The notes: generated by a model from the sequence alone, not told the origin. Shown: positions 8,764 through 18,378, numbered from the stretch's first letter. The stretch: DNA of 64,000 nt from a virus (IMGVR_UViG_3300047655_000013:1077-65076), one strand, 5' to 3'. Numbers and translations are program-made.

Positions 8764-9275
8764 ACACCGTCAATCACAACATCATGAGCGATACCACTAA
8801 AGATGCAGGGCCGAGCGAAGACGCGATTGAGCAGGAATGCCCCGAGTGTGGCGCGCTTTGCTTGTTCGACGACGGCAATTATGTGGCGATCGAGTCTTTG
8901 CCTGTAGAGAGCGAAGTTTCGCCTCAGAATGCGCCCGATGTGCGAAACGCGCTGGTATCGCTTGAATGCGTGAGGCAATGGCTCAATGGGGGGTGCGATC
9001 CGAAAGCTGCTTCCGTCGAGATCACGGGAATTATGCGCATGCTGCAAGGCGATGCCCCCGCCCAAGTGCAGGCGGAGGCAGTCCGGGTGCCGGACGGCTG
9101 GAAGCTGGTGCCGATCAAACCCACGGCCGAGATTGTCAAGGCAGGCGGAAAAGCTCGCATGGACGACTTCAACCGTAACGGCACGACCCTTTCTATCAAA
9201 GATGCCAACCGCGTCGCTGAAGCAATGTACCGCGCAATGATCGAAGCCGCTCCATCTACCGGTGACCAGTCATGA
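8760..9275 (+). CDS. hypothetical mosaic protein
   Basis: CPECG knuckle; VPDGWKLVP..PT...YRAMIEAAP motif common in phage accessory proteins. Confidence 0.7.
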   Translation: MNTVNHNIMSDTTKDAGPSEDAIEQECPECGALCLFDDGNYVAIESLPVESEVSPQNAPDVRNALVSLECVRQWLNGGCDPKAASVEITGIMRMLQGDAPAQVQAEAVRVPDGWKLVPIKPTAEIVKAGGKARMDDFNRNGTTLSIKDANRVAEAMYRAMIEAAPSTGDQS

Positions 9276-9499
9276 GTCGAAATCTACTTCATAAGACGAA
9301 GCTCGAAGATTTCAAGGCGTGGCTGGACTCGAAAAAGATCGAGCATCGACCTGCACGCGGCGATTTTCAGGTGCTTCAGGTGAAAACAAAGAACGGTCAA
9401 TGGCAATGCATCTTTGATCGGATTGACGCGAAAGAGCACTACACAGTTGCGTGGCCTCTTGAGCCGATCGTTCATCGCTTCATTAAGGACCGACCATGA
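9272..9499 (+). CDS. hypothetical phage protein
   Basis: ATGA overlaps at both ends. Confidence 0.7.
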   Translation: MSRNLLHKTKLEDFKAWLDSKKIEHRPARGDFQVLQVKTKNGQWQCIFDRIDAKEHYTVAWPLEPIVHRFIKDRP

Positions 9500-11340
9500 C
9501 CGCAACCCAGCCCGAGGGATTGGATATGACAGACGAACAGATTCGCAAGATCGCCACGCAGGTCTACGGCACGCTCGCAACCGAGCAAGAAATGCGCTTC
9601 GCCTTCGCCCTGCTATCTGCAAGCAAGCCTGCCGCGACTCAGGCGTTGCCTCAGTCGGTGCTGGACGCGCTGCGCTTCTATGCACACGGTCACCATTACA
9701 ACATCGACGACGATCATCAGCAGTTCGATACCGTCAGCGGAGAGCCGCAGAACTGGCTGTTCAGCGAACGCGACGACGACTGCACCATGATCGAGGATGG
9801 AAGCATCGCGAAGGCCGTGTTGCTTGGCGGTCTGCCGGGGGTTGAGGAGCCGACTGAGCCGATTGAGGGCGAAGTTTTCACCGCCTCTCCGACGTTCGAT
9901 CTTTCTCAAGAGTTTGTCACAATGGCCAGTGAGGATGCTGATGCGCCAAGCGTGATCGGCAATACGAGCCCTGCCGCGCCCTCGGTCGAGCAGGACGAGC
10001 GCGGGGCATGGCAGTCGACCCAGAAAACGCCTCCCGTAGAATTCATGGAATGGTATGGCGACCAGTTCAGCGCGCCCGTTCTATTGCATGACGGTGAGAA
10101 GGTATTGGACGTTGTAGCGCGGTGGAGTTTCGTTGAAGACGGCTGGGTAGGGTCACATTTTTCTGACGGTCCGTCACCTAGCGATTACGTCTTTCTCAAC
10201 ACAAAGTCGATGCGTTGGATTCTTCTCTCGGATGCCTGCTGCTGCGCCGCATCAACTTCCGCCAATGTGGCGCAGGGTGCGGAGGCGCAAGCGGAGGCGC
10301 CGATGGCTGACGCTTATGTTGGGGCGCGTGAAGATTTATCGATCTGGAAAAAACGAGCTCTTGAGGCCGAGGAACTGAACCGAAAGTTCATGGCATCGGT
10401 GAACGGGCCGACGCATATTGGCGAGCCGGTTGTCGCAGCCCCAATTTATGCATACGAGTGGGATTGTGGCCCCGGCGTGGTTCATCGTGATTTCCAGCAT
10501 TGCAGCTATAACGGGCGGTACCCGGATAGAACGCTTACTCTCTACGCCGCCCCGCCAGCACAGACAGCGAAATCTGCCGTAGCGCTGGACGATGAGCAGC
10601 GTAATTGTCTTGATGTGGTGATCAAAGACCTGGCTACGGCGCATTCGCTGGATAGAACTGCGGATGGCAGCTGGATTTTCGAGAATCACAACCTGTTCAA
10701 GTTTGCCTATGCCGCTCGTGCCGCATTCCCGCAACCTGTAGCGCAACCAGTGGAGCAGATTGAGTTCCCATATCAGCGCACGTTCAATTCTATAGCGGCA
10801 GCAACGTCTATGTCGTCCAGTAATGCCATCAGCATCTCTGTTCGGGCATTTCAGGAAGCCTATAACGCTGGCGCGCAACCAGTGGAGCAGACGCCACCAA
10901 CCATCGGCACGCAAGCACCGTTCTCGAATTGCCGGTTCAAGTGCTGTGACCTGCCGGGACAGTGCCGCGACGAGGGTAAGTGCCACCACCCAGCAGTGCC
11001 AGCCGCGCAACCAGTGGAGCAGACCGCGCAATCAGACTTCAAGAATTTCCATCGCCTTCTGTGCGAGCGGTTTGGCTATGTGCACGATGAGCAGGACTGG
11101 CAGCGCGATCAGCTTTCGTTGATCGAGTGGATCGCTTCCCGCGCCGCATCTCCGCAACCATCCCGGCCCGTGGAAGTTGGCGAGGCGAAACGATTCCCGA
11201 CGCCGATCTCGATCAGCACCGACAAGATTTTCGAGATCGCAAGCAAATACAACTTGGGCAATCCGCGCCTTGATGCGCTGCGCGGTTTCGTCAACGAAGT
11301 AATCCTCGTCAACGAGGCTGAATATGCCAAATCCGAATGA
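9496..11340 (+). CDS. 614-aa mosaic protein of short modules joined by repeated linkers
   Basis: Long ORF; AQPVEQ linker x3. Confidence 0.75.
   Translation: MTATQPEGLDMTDEQIRKIATQVYGTLATEQEMRFAFALLSASKPAATQALPQSVLDALRFYAHGHHYNIDDDHQQFDTVSGEPQNWLFSERDDDCTMIEDGSIAKAVLLGGLPGVEEPTEPIEGEVFTASPTFDLSQEFVTMASEDADAPSVIGNTSPAAPSVEQDERGAWQSTQKTPPVEFMEWYGDQFSAPVLLHDGEKVLDVVARWSFVEDGWVGSHFSDGPSPSDYVFLNTKSMRWILLSDACCCAASTSANVAQGAEAQAEAPMADAYVGAREDLSIWKKRALEAEELNRKFMASVNGPTHIGEPVVAAPIYAYEWDCGPGVVHRDFQHCSYNGRYPDRTLTLYAAPPAQTAKSAVALDDEQRNCLDVVIKDLATAHSLDRTADGSWIFENHNLFKFAYAARAAFPQPVAQPVEQIEFPYQRTFNSIAAATSMSSSNAISISVRAFQEAYNAGAQPVEQTPPTIGTQAPFSNCRFKCCDLPGQCRDEGKCHHPAVPAAQPVEQTAQSDFKNFHRLLCERFGYVHDEQDWQRDQLSLIEWIASRAASPQPSRPVEVGEAKRFPTPISISTDKIFEIASKYNLGNPRLDALRGFVNEVILVNEAEYAKSE
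10741..11023 (+). repeat. three perfect 19-bp direct repeats GCGCAACCAGTGGAGCAGA, 132-bp period
   Basis: Copies start at 10741, 10873 and 11005. Confidence 0.9.
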
Positions 11341-11947
11341 TGTAGCGCTGAAAGCAATCCATGAGTTTCTAGGAATTGCACAGAAGAAGATCTGCCCGCA
11401 GCCGGACAAGCCTGAAAGCGATTGGGCAAAACTGAAAGCAGCGGTAGACGGTCTGGCGTTGCTCGCAGCGTCGCAGTTTTCTGCCGTGGTGCTGGACGAT
11501 GAGCGGGCGGCGTTTGAGCTTAAAAGCTTCGAAGCTGCGTTGTGGGCTCTCGTAGAACAGGCGCGTTCATGGGAGAAAGCGTATAGCAACCCTTCTGAAC
11601 TATATGAGGCACTTGACGCTTACAAAGGCAACGTCGAACGAGAATTACATTATCTCGTCAGTCTGCATCGCACGCAGCTTGAACGGGAGAAATCCACGTT
11701 GCGACAGTTTAGGCAATTCGCCAGCGCCGCATCCCCGAAACCAGTAGCACAGACAGAGCGGGCGCTGACGGATGCGCCACAGTTCGACGCCAAGCACGTA
11801 AGCCTGAAAGAGCGGCCGGACGGCAAGCTGGTTCTGACGCTTCTGCTGGATGGCGTCGAAGGTGCGCCGCGATACAAGGTGATGCCGGTCAATCCCGGTG
11901 TCGTTCGTACCGCCGCGCAGCCAGCAAGCGTAGCATCCAATGACTGA
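11324..11947 (+). CDS. hypothetical mosaic protein
   Basis: Shares SAV.LDDE and AA.P.P linkers with upstream gene. Confidence 0.7.
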   Translation: MPNPNDVALKAIHEFLGIAQKKICPQPDKPESDWAKLKAAVDGLALLAASQFSAVVLDDERAAFELKSFEAALWALVEQARSWEKAYSNPSELYEALDAYKGNVERELHYLVSLHRTQLEREKSTLRQFRQFASAASPKPVAQTERALTDAPQFDAKHVSLKERPDGKLVLTLLLDGVEGAPRYKVMPVNPGVVRTAAQPASVASND

Positions 11948-12326
11948 CCTAGAAGAGTTTGAGGCGCATATCAAGAGCGCCGCCTGGTATCTAGCCCTTT
12001 CTGAAGCCGCCAAAGCCGATGACGAGGCCGCAAGCGTCTTCCGTATGGCGAAGATGGCAGCGAGTGAGGCTTGGCAAGCCTCTCGGCGTGCGGCAGTGGC
12101 TGAAATGGTGGGGCGATGGGATGTCAAGATGGAGGATGCTACGGCTTACCCGAGCCCATCCGCCAAATATCCAGATCTGCGCGCATATCACCTTGGCGTA
12201 GCTGGGCATGGCGAGCACGCCTACAACTGGACCGATAAACCGCACCGACTGGTTTATGACCTGACGCGCATGGTTGCTGATCTTCGCGATGAGATCCGGG
12301 CCATTGCTACTGGAGAAAAAGCGTGA
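11940..12326 (+). CDS. hypothetical protein
   Basis: Overlapping ORF; AWQASR and WTDKPHRLVYDL motifs. Confidence 0.65.
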   Translation: MTDLEEFEAHIKSAAWYLALSEAAKADDEAASVFRMAKMAASEAWQASRRAAVAEMVGRWDVKMEDATAYPSPSAKYPDLRAYHLGVAGHGEHAYNWTDKPHRLVYDLTRMVADLRDEIRAIATGEKA

Positions 12327-12580
12327 GTGATCTGATTAAACGGTTGCGCGAAAATTATGCATATTCATTGAGTATCACATCTTCCCCATATCGGCATGTC
12401 GTTTCACGGCTTCCCGTAGAGGCCGCCGACGCACTCGAGGCCGCAAATTCACGAATTGCCGAACTCGAACAAGAGCTTCGCCACATCGCCAACGCCGATA
12501 CGGTTGAATGGGACGACCCTACGCAGTTTGAAGCGTGGGCGAAGAGCCGCGCGCGATACACGCTAGGGAAGGGAAGATGA
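12323..12580 (+). CDS. hypothetical protein
   Basis: MSDLIKRLR...EAADALEA phage motif; GGAG RBS. Confidence 0.65.
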   Translation: MSDLIKRLRENYAYSLSITSSPYRHVVSRLPVEAADALEAANSRIAELEQELRHIANADTVEWDDPTQFEAWAKSRARYTLGKGR

Positions 12581-12852
12581 CCGACCTAATTCTTCCGCTC
12601 AAGCGCGAGTACTTCGATGCCATCAAGTCAGGCGAGAAAACCCAGGAATACCGGCTCGTCAACGACTACTGGTATCGGCGGCTCGCCTTACGGGATTTTA
12701 GCCGGATCGTCCTGACGCTTGGCTATCCAAAGCGTGACGACCATGAGCGCCGCCTAATCCGACCTTGGCGCGGCTACGTCGAACAAACAATCCAGCATCC
12801 GCACTTCGGGCCTGATCCGGTGAGGGTGTTTGCTATTTATGTGGGAGCGTGA
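12577..12852 (+). CDS. ASCH domain protein
   Basis: LPLKREYFDAIKSGEKTQEYR (GxKxxExR). Confidence 0.85.
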   Translation: MTDLILPLKREYFDAIKSGEKTQEYRLVNDYWYRRLALRDFSRIVLTLGYPKRDDHERRLIRPWRGYVEQTIQHPHFGPDPVRVFAIYVGA

Positions 12853-13193
12853 ATATGTCTGAAACCCTCTGGATGCTCCACATCCAAGGCCCCGATGACG
12901 TTGTTGCCGCGCCGTCGAAGGCCCAGGCCGAGAAGGTCGCCGCTGCGTTCAATGCGTACTGGAGCGAATGGCTCGGAAAGAAACGCGCCGAATCCGTCAC
13001 CGAAGGCAAGAACCCGGACCACTGGCCAAGCATCAACGCGGTCGTTGTCGAGTGGGATAGCACAGCTAAGGCGCATGCAAAGAGTCTGGCGCAGTACTGG
13101 CCGGATTATGCGGAGTATGGTGGTACTGAAGCGGTTGAGCCTGAGCCCACGCGCGACGACAAGACCATCGATATGTTCAGCGAGGCGCCATGA
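12849..13193 (+). CDS. hypothetical protein
   Basis: LW.LHIQGPDDVVAAPS motif; RDDKTIDMF tail. Confidence 0.65.
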   Translation: MNMSETLWMLHIQGPDDVVAAPSKAQAEKVAAAFNAYWSEWLGKKRAESVTEGKNPDHWPSINAVVVEWDSTAKAHAKSLAQYWPDYAEYGGTEAVEPEPTRDDKTIDMFSEAP

Positions 13194-13384
13194 GAAACGT
13201 TATCACTTGCGCCTCCTGGTTGCTGTACTGGCTCGGCGACCTTGTCAGTCGACCAATGTCACGATGGGATGCTTTCTCGTGGCTGTATCCGGCCTATAAC
13301 CGGCTGATGCTGGCCTCGTCTCGCTTGCAGGATTGGGGTGATGGGACTGGCCCGTGGAGTGATGTTGTTGGAGAGGAAAATTGA
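13190..13384 (+). CDS. hypothetical protein
   Basis: ATGA overlap; GAGG RBS. Confidence 0.55.
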   Translation: MRNVITCASWLLYWLGDLVSRPMSRWDAFSWLYPAYNRLMLASSRLQDWGDGTGPWSDVVGEEN

Positions 13385-13518
13385 CCGACCTGAACGAGCT
13401 GAAAGCCGAGCTCCAGTGGTGCATCGCAAATGCATCCGGCCCGCGCACCGAAGCCGCATTGCTCTGGGCGCTTGAACTTTTGGCTGAACTCGAAGCGGAG
13501 CAGCCATGCACCTCCTGA
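13381..13518 (+). CDS. small hypothetical protein (45 aa)
   Basis: GAGG RBS, TTG start overlapping upstream stop. Confidence 0.45.
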   Translation: MTDLNELKAELQWCIANASGPRTEAALLWALELLAELEAEQPCTS

Positions 13519-13663
13519 CGCTATACCTCCTCATCGGCCTCTCATTCTCCCTAATCGAATCACAAGGTCAGCGTCCATCGCTAGAAATGATATGGCTATG
13601 GCCTCTGGCTTTGGTGTCGGTTTTTTGTGGGGTGGTTTTGGATAATCTTGAGGCGGGGGAATT

Positions 13664-13927
13664 GTGAGCACAAGCTACGTGATTTTCTGCCAATCCTACG
13701 ATGATCCGGTGTGGGGCGTGCAAATAATAGACTGGATAAATACTGGCCTTGTGCGCGTCTATCGAAACAGCCTGAGAAAGGCAGTCTTTGAATATGTCGG
13801 ATATCCCGGCTTGAAGTTCGACCTTGAACAAGTCCATCGCACTTATCCGATCTGCAAGTTTGCATTTATGGCGCACGATCCTGCCGTGAGAGGGTGCATG
13901 CCGTTTCCGGATCGGCGTAACGCATGA
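13664..13927 (+). CDS. hypothetical protein
   Basis: ORF in operon orientation. Confidence 0.45.
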   Translation: MSTSYVIFCQSYDDPVWGVQIIDWINTGLVRVYRNSLRKAVFEYVGYPGLKFDLEQVHRTYPICKFAFMAHDPAVRGCMPFPDRRNA

Positions 13928-13979
13928 CCGAAGCTGCACAACGCATCATTGAGAAAACGCGGGAATACTGGGAAATCAA

Positions 13980-16148
13980 ATGAAGAAAGTCATTCACGAA
14001 GAAGGTGCGCGTCCGATCAAGATTTGGACCGATGAGATCGAGGACTCGGCGCTTCAGCAATTGAAGAATATCGCACGCCTGCCATTCATCGCTGGCAATG
14101 GCGTCGCTTGTATGCCTGACGTCCATGCTGGCATCGGCGCAACGGTCGGCACCGTGATCGCGACGGACAAGGCTATTGTGCCGGCCGCGGTTGGAGTTGA
14201 TATTGGGTGCTTTGCTGGCGACACGCTGGTATTCCTTGCGGACGGCAAAGATTATCGAATCGCGGATCTTGCGCAACGTGCGGAACCGTTCGCGGTCTAT
14301 GGTTGCCGCCCGAGTGGCGATGTAGTCGCGGCCTATGCCACTGCCAAGAAAACAAGATCGGCCACAGCCGTCGTCGCCGTGACGCTGGACAACGGCGAGC
14401 GCATCCGGTGTACGCCAGATCATGAGTTCCAAATGCGCGATGGCACTTACCGGCAGGCTGAGAGCCTGTGCGCCGACGACTCGCTGATGCCGTTTTATCG
14501 CGAGATTGACCCCGAGGGATACTTGCGCATCAAGCAGAACCGTACAGGATATTGGCAGCGGGCGCACTGGATCGTCGGTCGATCATCTTTGCTCGGGAAA
14601 ATTCCATCGTTTGAAGGACAAAAGACGATCATCCACCACCGGGATTTCTGCGAATCGAACAACGACCCAAAAAACCTCGTGTTCATGGGTGATCGCGACC
14701 ATAGCGCATACCATCGCTCGCTTGTTGACCGCAACACTCATTGGCAGTCGCCAGAATTCGAGGATCGCAGAAAGGCGGCCTTGCGCGCGCTGGCGGACAC
14801 CGAAGAAGGCCGCGCCATGATGGCGGCACGCGGGACCGCAAACATTCAGAAGTACATGGCCGAGAATGGCGATGAGTGGCGGTCGTCCATTGCTGGCAAC
14901 GGTGAGCGCGGCAAGGTCTATCTTCAGGATTACAACGCCAGCGTCGCTGGCCGACGCAAGAGCAGCGATAACGCCAAGCGCCTGCAACAGGTACCGCGCC
15001 AATGCCCGGACTGCGGGGTCGAAATGCTCGGTCACCTTGCAGTCTTAGCGCATCGGCGCCGAGAACACGGTCTGCACTACAACCACAAAGTGGTGAGCGT
15101 GGAGGTGTTGACCGAAAGGGAAGACGTTTATTGCCTCACCGTCCCGGACGTCGGTAACTTTGCACTGTCCGCCGGCGTGTTCGTCCATAACTGCGGCATG
15201 AACGCCGTGCGGCTGTCGCTGAAGGCAAGTGACCTTCCCGATAGCCTGCTGGCGATTCGCAACCAGATCGAACGCGACGTGCCGCTCGGTGCTGGGGGTA
15301 CGCACCAAGAATCGCGCCCCCCCGAATTGCCCGCGGACCTTGGCGCACGGTATCTCGCATTGACTGCCAAAACACCGGGGATCACCAACAAGAACATGGC
15401 TAAGCAGCTCGGCTCTCTGGGCTCAGGAAACCACTTCATCGAACTGTGCATCGACGAAGCCCAGGACGTCTGGATCATGCTGCACTCTGGCTCGCGCGGC
15501 GTCGGAAACCTCATCGGACGTTACTTCATCGAGAAGGCCAAGAAACGCATGGAGCAGTATTTCATCAGCCTGCCTGATGGTGATCTGGCCTACTTCCCGG
15601 AAGACACCGACGACTTCAACGATTACGTCGAGGCGGTCAACTGGGCACAGGACTACGCGTTAGAGAATCGCCGGGTGATGATGGCCGCAGTCATTGCCGC
15701 CTTGCGTCGACACATTCCGATCGAATTCTCGATCACGCATGAGGCCGTGAACTGTCACCACAACTACGTTGAGCGCGAGAACCACTTTGGCCGCAACCTC
15801 TGGGTGACGCGCAAAGGCGCTATCCGGGCGCGCGAGGGCGATCTTGGCATCATCCCTGGGTCAATGGGGCAGCGCAGCTACATCGTCCGCGGCAAGGGTA
15901 ATTTGCAGTCTTACTGTTCATGCTCACACGGCGCCGGTCGGAAAATGAGTCGTGCTCAGGCTCGGCGCACTTTTACGGTGGCTGATCTTGAATCGCAGAC
16001 GGCTGGCGTCGAGTGTCGCAAGGATGACGCTGTGCTCGATGAGATTCCGGCCAGTTACAAGGACATTGACCAGGTGATGGAAAATCAGCGCGATCTGGTC
16101 GAGGTCGTGCATGTCCTTAAACAAGTTTTATGCGTTAAAGGCGCATAG
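13980..16148 (+). CDS. rtcB: RtcB family RNA ligase containing an intein
   Basis: MPDVHAG, VGVDIG/CG, GSLGSGNHF, HSGSRG, HN, RKGA, PGSMG, SCSHGAGR, DEIP.SYK, VKG. Confidence 0.95.
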   Translation: MKKVIHEEGARPIKIWTDEIEDSALQQLKNIARLPFIAGNGVACMPDVHAGIGATVGTVIATDKAIVPAAVGVDIGCFAGDTLVFLADGKDYRIADLAQRAEPFAVYGCRPSGDVVAAYATAKKTRSATAVVAVTLDNGERIRCTPDHEFQMRDGTYRQAESLCADDSLMPFYREIDPEGYLRIKQNRTGYWQRAHWIVGRSSLLGKIPSFEGQKTIIHHRDFCESNNDPKNLVFMGDRDHSAYHRSLVDRNTHWQSPEFEDRRKAALRALADTEEGRAMMAARGTANIQKYMAENGDEWRSSIAGNGERGKVYLQDYNASVAGRRKSSDNAKRLQQVPRQCPDCGVEMLGHLAVLAHRRREHGLHYNHKVVSVEVLTEREDVYCLTVPDVGNFALSAGVFVHNCGMNAVRLSLKASDLPDSLLAIRNQIERDVPLGAGGTHQESRPPELPADLGARYLALTAKTPGITNKNMAKQLGSLGSGNHFIELCIDEAQDVWIMLHSGSRGVGNLIGRYFIEKAKKRMEQYFISLPDGDLAYFPEDTDDFNDYVEAVNWAQDYALENRRVMMAAVIAALRRHIPIEFSITHEAVNCHHNYVERENHFGRNLWVTRKGAIRAREGDLGIIPGSMGQRSYIVRGKGNLQSYCSCSHGAGRKMSRAQARRTFTVADLESQTAGVECRKDDAVLDEIPASYKDIDQVMENQRDLVEVVHVLKQVLCVKGA
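14208..15191 (+). mobile_element. intein (328 aa) with HNH endonuclease
   Basis: Starts CFAGDT; block B CTPDH; HH.D....NN...NL HNH motif; ends VYCLTV..GNFAL..GVFVHN followed by extein Cys. Confidence 0.95.
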
Positions 16149-16158
16149 CGGAGGAAGT

Positions 16159-16380
16159 ATGGCAGCAGTGATTGACATGCCGAAACTGGTGACGCTTGAA
16201 GAGTGGGCTGAGCGCACGTTCGCGACCAAACCGCATCGGAACACGCTGTACAACTGGCGTAGGGACGGCTGGATCGTGCCCGCCCCGATTAGGATCGGGA
16301 ATAGGTATTTCGTCGAGCCGACCGCCGTGTATGCTGATAGCGATGGACAGATGGCCAGGAGACTCGGGAATGGCGGCTAG
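16159..16380 (+). CDS. xis: excisionase
   Basis: VTLEEWA...TL..W.R.G.I.PAP...G..Y.V; directly upstream of integrase. Confidence 0.9.
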   Translation: MAAVIDMPKLVTLEEWAERTFATKPHRNTLYNWRRDGWIVPAPIRIGNRYFVEPTAVYADSDGQMARRLGNGG

Positions 16381-17485
16381 ACGGCGGGAGGCGAAGCGGC
16401 GTAACTGGCCGATGCATCTGAACCAGAACGGCGCCGGCTATTTCTACTGGCGCGACCCGGACACAAAGACAAGTCACGGACTCGGGCGCGACCAGGCGAA
16501 GGCATTTTCTGAGGCTCGGGCCGCCAACCTGGCTGTCGAGAAACGCCGCGGAAACGTTTCGCTTGCCCAGAAGATTTTGGAGCCCAAGGGCAAGACGCTG
16601 GACGACTGGACGGGAGAATACGAAGCAGTCTATATCGAGACCCGCAAGCCCACCGCATCGACTATCCGTACGGTGCAGGCAGGAATACGAGCGGTCCGGA
16701 CGGCCCCGTTTCTGCGATTGAATCTGCGGTCAATCAAGACGCAGGAAATTTCCGAGTTCATCACTGCGGCTACTGCAACGCGCGGGCCCCAGATGGCGGC
16801 CCTGATTCGCAAGACGCTGATGGACATGTTCCGGGAGGCGGAAACGAAGGGTCTCATAGACAACGGAACGAATCCGGTTACGGTGACGCGTGTCCCGTCA
16901 TTTGAGGTTGAGCGCGCGCGCCTCACGCTTGACCAGTTCAATGCGATCCACGAAGTGGCGTTGACGATGGACCCTTGGGTGGCGCGGAGCATGGAGATTG
17001 CCCTCGTCACAGCACAACGCCGCGAGGACGTTGCGAACATGCTATTCGCTGACGTGAAGGATGGCTTTCTGTTTGTGGAGCAGGAAAAAACGAAGCAGAG
17101 GCTGCGTATTCCGGTAATCCTGCGCCTCGACGCAGTTGGCCTCTCGATCGAAGACACCATAAAAAAATGCCGGGATCGGGCGATCTCCAAGTGGATGGTC
17201 CACCACAGCAAGCAGCTTCGCATCAGGAAGGCTGGCGACCCCGTAGACAAGGACGTCATCACGAAGGCCTTCCAGCGGGCCAGAATAGCGGCCGAGATAA
17301 CCTGGGAAGAGGGCAGAACCGCGCCAAGCTTTCACGAAATACGAAGCCTGTCAGCTCGCCTCTACACGGACCAATATGACAAGGATTTCGCGCAGGCCAT
17401 CTTGGGTCACAAGTCGGCCAGCATGACGGAGTTTTATCGCGATACGCGCGGTGCGGAGTGGACGGAAGTGAAGTTTGCCGGGTGA
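16370..17485 (+). CDS. int: lambda-type tyrosine integrase
   Basis: N-terminal arm-binding domain; TAQRREDV, KT, FHEIRSL, LGH, Y catalytic residues. Confidence 0.95.
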   Translation: MAARRREAKRRNWPMHLNQNGAGYFYWRDPDTKTSHGLGRDQAKAFSEARAANLAVEKRRGNVSLAQKILEPKGKTLDDWTGEYEAVYIETRKPTASTIRTVQAGIRAVRTAPFLRLNLRSIKTQEISEFITAATATRGPQMAALIRKTLMDMFREAETKGLIDNGTNPVTVTRVPSFEVERARLTLDQFNAIHEVALTMDPWVARSMEIALVTAQRREDVANMLFADVKDGFLFVEQEKTKQRLRIPVILRLDAVGLSIEDTIKKCRDRAISKWMVHHSKQLRIRKAGDPVDKDVITKAFQRARIAAEITWEEGRTAPSFHEIRSLSARLYTDQYDKDFAQAILGHKSASMTEFYRDTRGAEWTEVKFAG

Positions 17486-17700
17486 AAATTCCAGATATTT
17501 AAGCGACGAATAAACGGAGAGCCTTGCTAGGTATGGTTCCCTATTACATCCGAGGTAAACCCGGTAATCGGATTGTTTTGCCTTTTAAATCATGACTTTA
17601 TGAGCGATTTTGTGTGCTCGCGACGTGCATATGAATGCACATCGGTTAACAAATAAAATCAGCTAGTTACAACGCTATTCCAGACGATGAATTTTTAGGC
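17486..17700. other. putative attP region
   Basis: AT-rich non-coding DNA after int; IHF-like sites AATCAGCTAGTTA (17657-17669) and AATCATGACTTTA (17588-17600). Confidence 0.6.
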
Positions 17701-17726
17701 AGCGCGATTGTGGCAAAATCCTTGTG

Positions 17727-17742
17727 CTGTACATAAACACAG
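17727..17742 (+). promoter_or_regulatory. LexA (SOS) box
   Basis: CTGT-ACATAAAC-ACAG, 8 bp upstream of ATG 17751. Confidence 0.75.
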
Positions 17743-17750
17743 TACTCGCC

Positions 17751-18065
17751 ATGCCCCATCGCCCGCCCCTAACCGCCGCCGACCTCGCCGCGATATACGA
17801 CCGCGAACCGACTGAGACAGTCTTGCGCCTGCTGCGCGAAATTCATCGGTTGCGGTCTACGATCAAGCGTGCCGACCAGATTCGCAGGATGATAGGAAGC
17901 GTCGGCAGTTCGCACGTCGCGGGAACGGTGTGGGAGTGTTTTGAGCGGGAGTTGGATGCGGAGCCATGCCTGACTGATCCACCGACGCCGCGACAGCAAA
18001 GGTTGACCGACGAGCGGATGAGGATGCTCGCGGAGTGGCGGAAGAATGGACGGAAGAGGGATTGA
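17751..18065 (+). CDS. putative SOS-inducible hypothetical protein
   Basis: PPLT..DL..IY...LLREIHRLR; preceded by SOS box. Confidence 0.7.
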   Translation: MPHRPPLTAADLAAIYDREPTETVLRLLREIHRLRSTIKRADQIRRMIGSVGSSHVAGTVWECFERELDAEPCLTDPPTPRQQRLTDERMRMLAEWRKNGRKRD

Positions 18066-18095
18066 TGCGCTACCTTGGGTAGGCGAGGAGGAGGA

Positions 18096-18353
18096 ATGAA
18101 CTTGCGCTTTATAGACCCCGAAGAGCAGCAGCGCGACCTGAGAAGGAAGGTCGATCTTGCGTGTATGCAGGCATCACAGCAATGGATCGACAGTGGCGGT
18201 AGACCGGAAGAGATGAAATGCGTGGCGGTCTATATCGGCCCGATGTCTCTGGCGATCGAAGGAGGTAGCGAGAATGCGCGCTGGGCGATCATGAATCGCC
18301 TGCGCGAACTTGGGGTGGTAGTCGATGGTGCGCCGTCAGTGACGGGCGATTGA
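18096..18353 (+). CDS. hypothetical protein
   Basis: Strong GGAGG RBS. Confidence 0.6.
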   Translation: MNLRFIDPEEQQRDLRRKVDLACMQASQQWIDSGGRPEEMKCVAVYIGPMSLAIEGGSENARWAIMNRLRELGVVVDGAPSVTGD

Positions 18354-18378
18354 TGTGCGCTTAGGCGCGGGAGGCGGG

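Noticed and set aside
10741-11023. Evenly spaced 19-bp repeats as a CRISPR array
   Set aside because: 113-bp spacers, in-frame inside a coding gene, no cas genes or leader
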